A stretch of DNA of 64,000 bases. It comes from Antedon mediterranea (Eukaryota; Animalia; Echinodermata). Location of the stretch: contig NC_092674.1 of the NCBI RefSeq assembly GCF_964355755.1, positions 14,570,001-14,634,000 on the forward strand, read 5' to 3'. The notes beneath the pieces are model-generated. The model made no database searches. It was given only the letters and a program-made list of their open reading frames with translations, and was not told the DNA's origin. A program made the translations under genes and the position numbers. This document shows, piece by piece, positions 60,944-64,000 of this stretch. Each line of letters begins with the position of its first letter. Position 1 is the stretch's first letter.

Positions 60944-61644
60944 GGTCAACAAAATATGGATGGCAGTACTCGTTACAATAGCCGCAGTCCAATCTAGGTC
61001 AACAAAATATGGATGGCAGTACTCGTTACAATAGCCGCAGTCCAATCTAGGTCAACAAAATATGGATGGCAGTACTCGTTACAATAGCCGCAGTCCAATC
61101 TAGGTCAACAAAATATGGATGGCAGTACTCGTTATAATAGCCGCAGTCCAATCTAGGTCAACAAAATATGGATGGCAGTACTCGTTATAATAGCCGCAGT
61201 CCAATCTAGGTCAACAAAATATGGATGGCAGTACTCGTTACAATAGCCGCAGTCCAATCTAGGTCAACAAAATATGGATGGCAGTACTCGTTACAATAGC
61301 CGCAGTCCAATCTAGGTCAACAAAATATGAATGGCAGTACTCGTTACAATAGCCGCAGTCCAATCTAGGTCAACAAAATATGGATGGCAGTACTCGTTAC
61401 AATAGCCGCAGTCCAATCTAGGTCAACAAAATATGGATGGCAGTACTCGTTACAATAGCCGCAGTCCAATCTAGGTCAACAAAATATGGATGGCAGTACT
61501 CGTTACAATAGCCGCAGTCCAATCTAGGTCAACAAAATATGGATGGCAGTACTCGTTACAATAGCCGCAGTCCAATCTAGGTCAACAAAATATGGATGGC
61601 AGTACTCGTTACAATAGCCGCAGTCCAATCTAGGTCAACAAAAT
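60944..61644. repeat. Minisatellite, 53-bp unit x13
   Basis: GGTCAACAAAATATGGATGGCAGTACTCGTTACAATAGCCGCAGTCCAATCTA, nearly invariant. Confidence 0.97.
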
Positions 61645-62979
61645 GATCTTTTCTTAAGTTTATTTCTGCTTTGAGTATAATTATCATTGTAAAATATTTT
61701 TAACAAAGATGATACCGTATTTTTTTTAAATTTCAGAAATGGGAAATGTGAATAAAATAAACAGTTAACATAGGAGTCTAGTCCTTGTGGCATTTTAGAT
61801 AATAAATTTAAGAAAAACACACTAAATTGGAAAATCATATAACAAAAGGTCTAATAAATAATGCATATATATATTTTAAAAACATTAAACCAGGTCTTAC
61901 TGTAAATATACGTTTTATGGTAAATTATGATGAAAAGAGAGAAACAATGCACTACAGACGTAGCTTGCAGTGAAATGTCCTCTGTTGGACGGTCTTAGTT
62001 TTGTAGGCTTACATGTAGCTGGTAAACATTGGTAACGTACGAACCTTGTATGCTAGATATAGGCCTAGCCTGATGTTGTATAGTTGCTGCATTAATTGTC
62101 TTTCTGTTTTTGCAAATTGGGGCAAACCCGATATTTTTGCTGAAAAGTTTTTTAACCGTTTAAAGATGAAAAAAGTAATCTCAGTAGGACAATATAGTAT
62201 TTACAGTATTTTTACATTAAATGTAGTTCGTGACCTTAAATTAGGTTTAAAAAACGTAGGGAATGGGACTTTAACTATGGATGAAAGATTATAAAGGTTT
62301 TATCGATTCTGGGATTGGGTTGTAGATATTTAAGGAAAAGGACTTCACATTGTATTGTGATATAAAATTCAAGATAACTGTGACACTATAATAATCATTA
62401 GGGTGATACAGTATTAATCAACACACAGATATTCTGATACTCCTATGTAGATCAACTTTTTTTTCTGTTTATTCTCTAAACGAGTTCAAATATAGTAATG
62501 TATTCTGTCTGATAATTGATACTGCTGTGCCACCACTATTTATACCAATCTTTAATTCTGTATTTCCCTAATCCGAAAACTGTTACAAAAACTTTATTTT
62601 AATTGTTACAAAAACTTTATTTATGCTCTCAGGGTTTTTCTTTTAACCAAATAAATTAGATAAAGCAAAGTTGAAAACATCAATCCATTGTTTTTGGGTT
62701 TAACTGTGTAAGGGTTTACAGGTCATTCCACTTCAATTCAACCAAAGAAAATTACATCATCATGTCATTGATTTCATTCAAGTTGGGTACACAAAGAGCA
62801 CTTAAGCCAAAATGCCAAATTCCATTTTATTTTTCAGTGACATCAGTACCAAACAACCTACTGTTTGATAGATTACTGTAGATGTGATGATATACTGTAA
62901 ACTTCCAGTTATTTTTTAATTTGGGTAAAATAATATCGTGTAATTACTTCTTTTCTTTTTTTAATATAGCAATAGTACA

Positions 62980-63982
62980 ATGGCATTCAGAAGATCACTG
63001 GTTTTCTTAAACATCAAGCCAAATTCACTAACAATTTCAAAAAGAGTTTGTAACTATTTCTCGACAGAATATGATGCTATTATTGATAAATACTATACAA
63101 AATGCAGTATAAAACAATCAAAATCCAACAAATATTCAGTGTATACTCCGAATCTCTCTGTATCATTTCGAAGTATGTGTACGTCAAGAATTCAACTTGA
63201 CAATAAAATGACAGAATCCAAGATGCAGCTTGTATATACTTGTAAAGTATGTCAGACACGCAATACAAAAACAATTTCAAAGCAAGCATACAGCAATGGT
63301 GTTGTGATTGTGAAGTGTACTGGCTGTGAGAAAAACCATCTGATTGCTGATAATTTGGGGTGGTTTAAAGATGTAAAGGGCAGGTAATTTAATTTCACAA
63401 CTGTAAATTGAACCCAAAAAAATAATGGTTGTAATAATTGAATAATATAAAAAAAAAGAACATAAACTTAATTACAGATTATGATGAATCACATCACCTA
63501 TATCAAAACTTGAGTTTACACACAACAGGGCATCAACACCTGTATTTTATGTGATTGGAGTTCCAGTGTGTGTAAACTGTAGAGTTTTGCTACGTAATAA
63601 AGAAAATTACAGTAACGAAATAATATATAATTTTGGCTGTGGAACACTGTTATTCCGAACCTCCTGACTGCGCAATTAATTAGGTGTGCGCCTGCATCCA
63701 CTCTAGATTATCTATCAATAAAGTTTGAATTAGATAAATTAAGATGCAGTGAGCTACTTGATGAATTTATATTTTTTATTATTCTTTTTTTACATAAATT
63801 TTAGAAACATAGAAGAAATTCTGGCTGAAAGGAATGAGGAAGTTAGGAGAATTACTTACAATGAAACAATAGAACTGACTAAAGATGACATTCTTGATAA
63901 TAAAGGTTTGTGTAACAAGGAACAACAAAAGCTAACACAAGTAGATGAACACTTGGATGGAGCGCCCTCACAAAACAAATAA
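62980..63982 (+). CDS. DNLZ: DNL-type zinc finger protein (mitochondrial Hsp70 escort, Zim17/Hep1); exons 62980..63383, 63805..63982
   Basis: Basic N-terminal presequence; [48 protein letters not shown]; phase-2 GT-AG intron joins [16 protein letters not shown]. Confidence 0.96.
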
Positions 63983-64000
63983 ATTTGGAAGAATGTAATA

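Noticed and set aside
18531-61644. Tandem arrays (40, 44, 53, 54, 71 bp) as CRISPR-like arrays
   Set aside because: Units are head to tail with no unique spacers, there are no cas-like ORFs, and the context is eukaryotic intronic or intergenic DNA.

Overview
AT-rich, intron-containing animal genomic DNA, probably a marine invertebrate (echinoderm-like by inference from the repeat landscape). Four spliced protein genes can be built by hand. (1) The 3' part of a C1q-domain gene (+, 1..1230). (2) A 7-exon glycogenin spanning 36 kb (-, 41766..5767, about 337 aa), which the ORF track largely misses. (3) A 4-exon arylsulfatase A-like gene (-, 51619..47963) with an apparent 1-nt frameshift in exon 2. 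(4) DNLZ/Zim17 (+, 62980..63982). Most of the rest is repeats: nested non-autonomous DNA transposons with readable target-site duplications (Kolobok-, hAT-, pogo-, Harbinger/PHIS-, AcademH- and Helentron-like), decayed Academ, Ginger1 and LINE coding relics, three 5S rRNA-derived copies and several minisatellites. The most notable non-coding signals are three minimal Penelope-type hammerhead ribozyme motifs (one with an intact core, sense within the glycogenin intron), a Myb-only Harbinger-like family, and a satellite built from a transposon end and split by an element with hairpin ends. I see no CRISPR or prokaryotic system, and nothing here proves a wholly new biological system. Superfamily labels rest on terminal motifs recalled from the literature, not on database searches.
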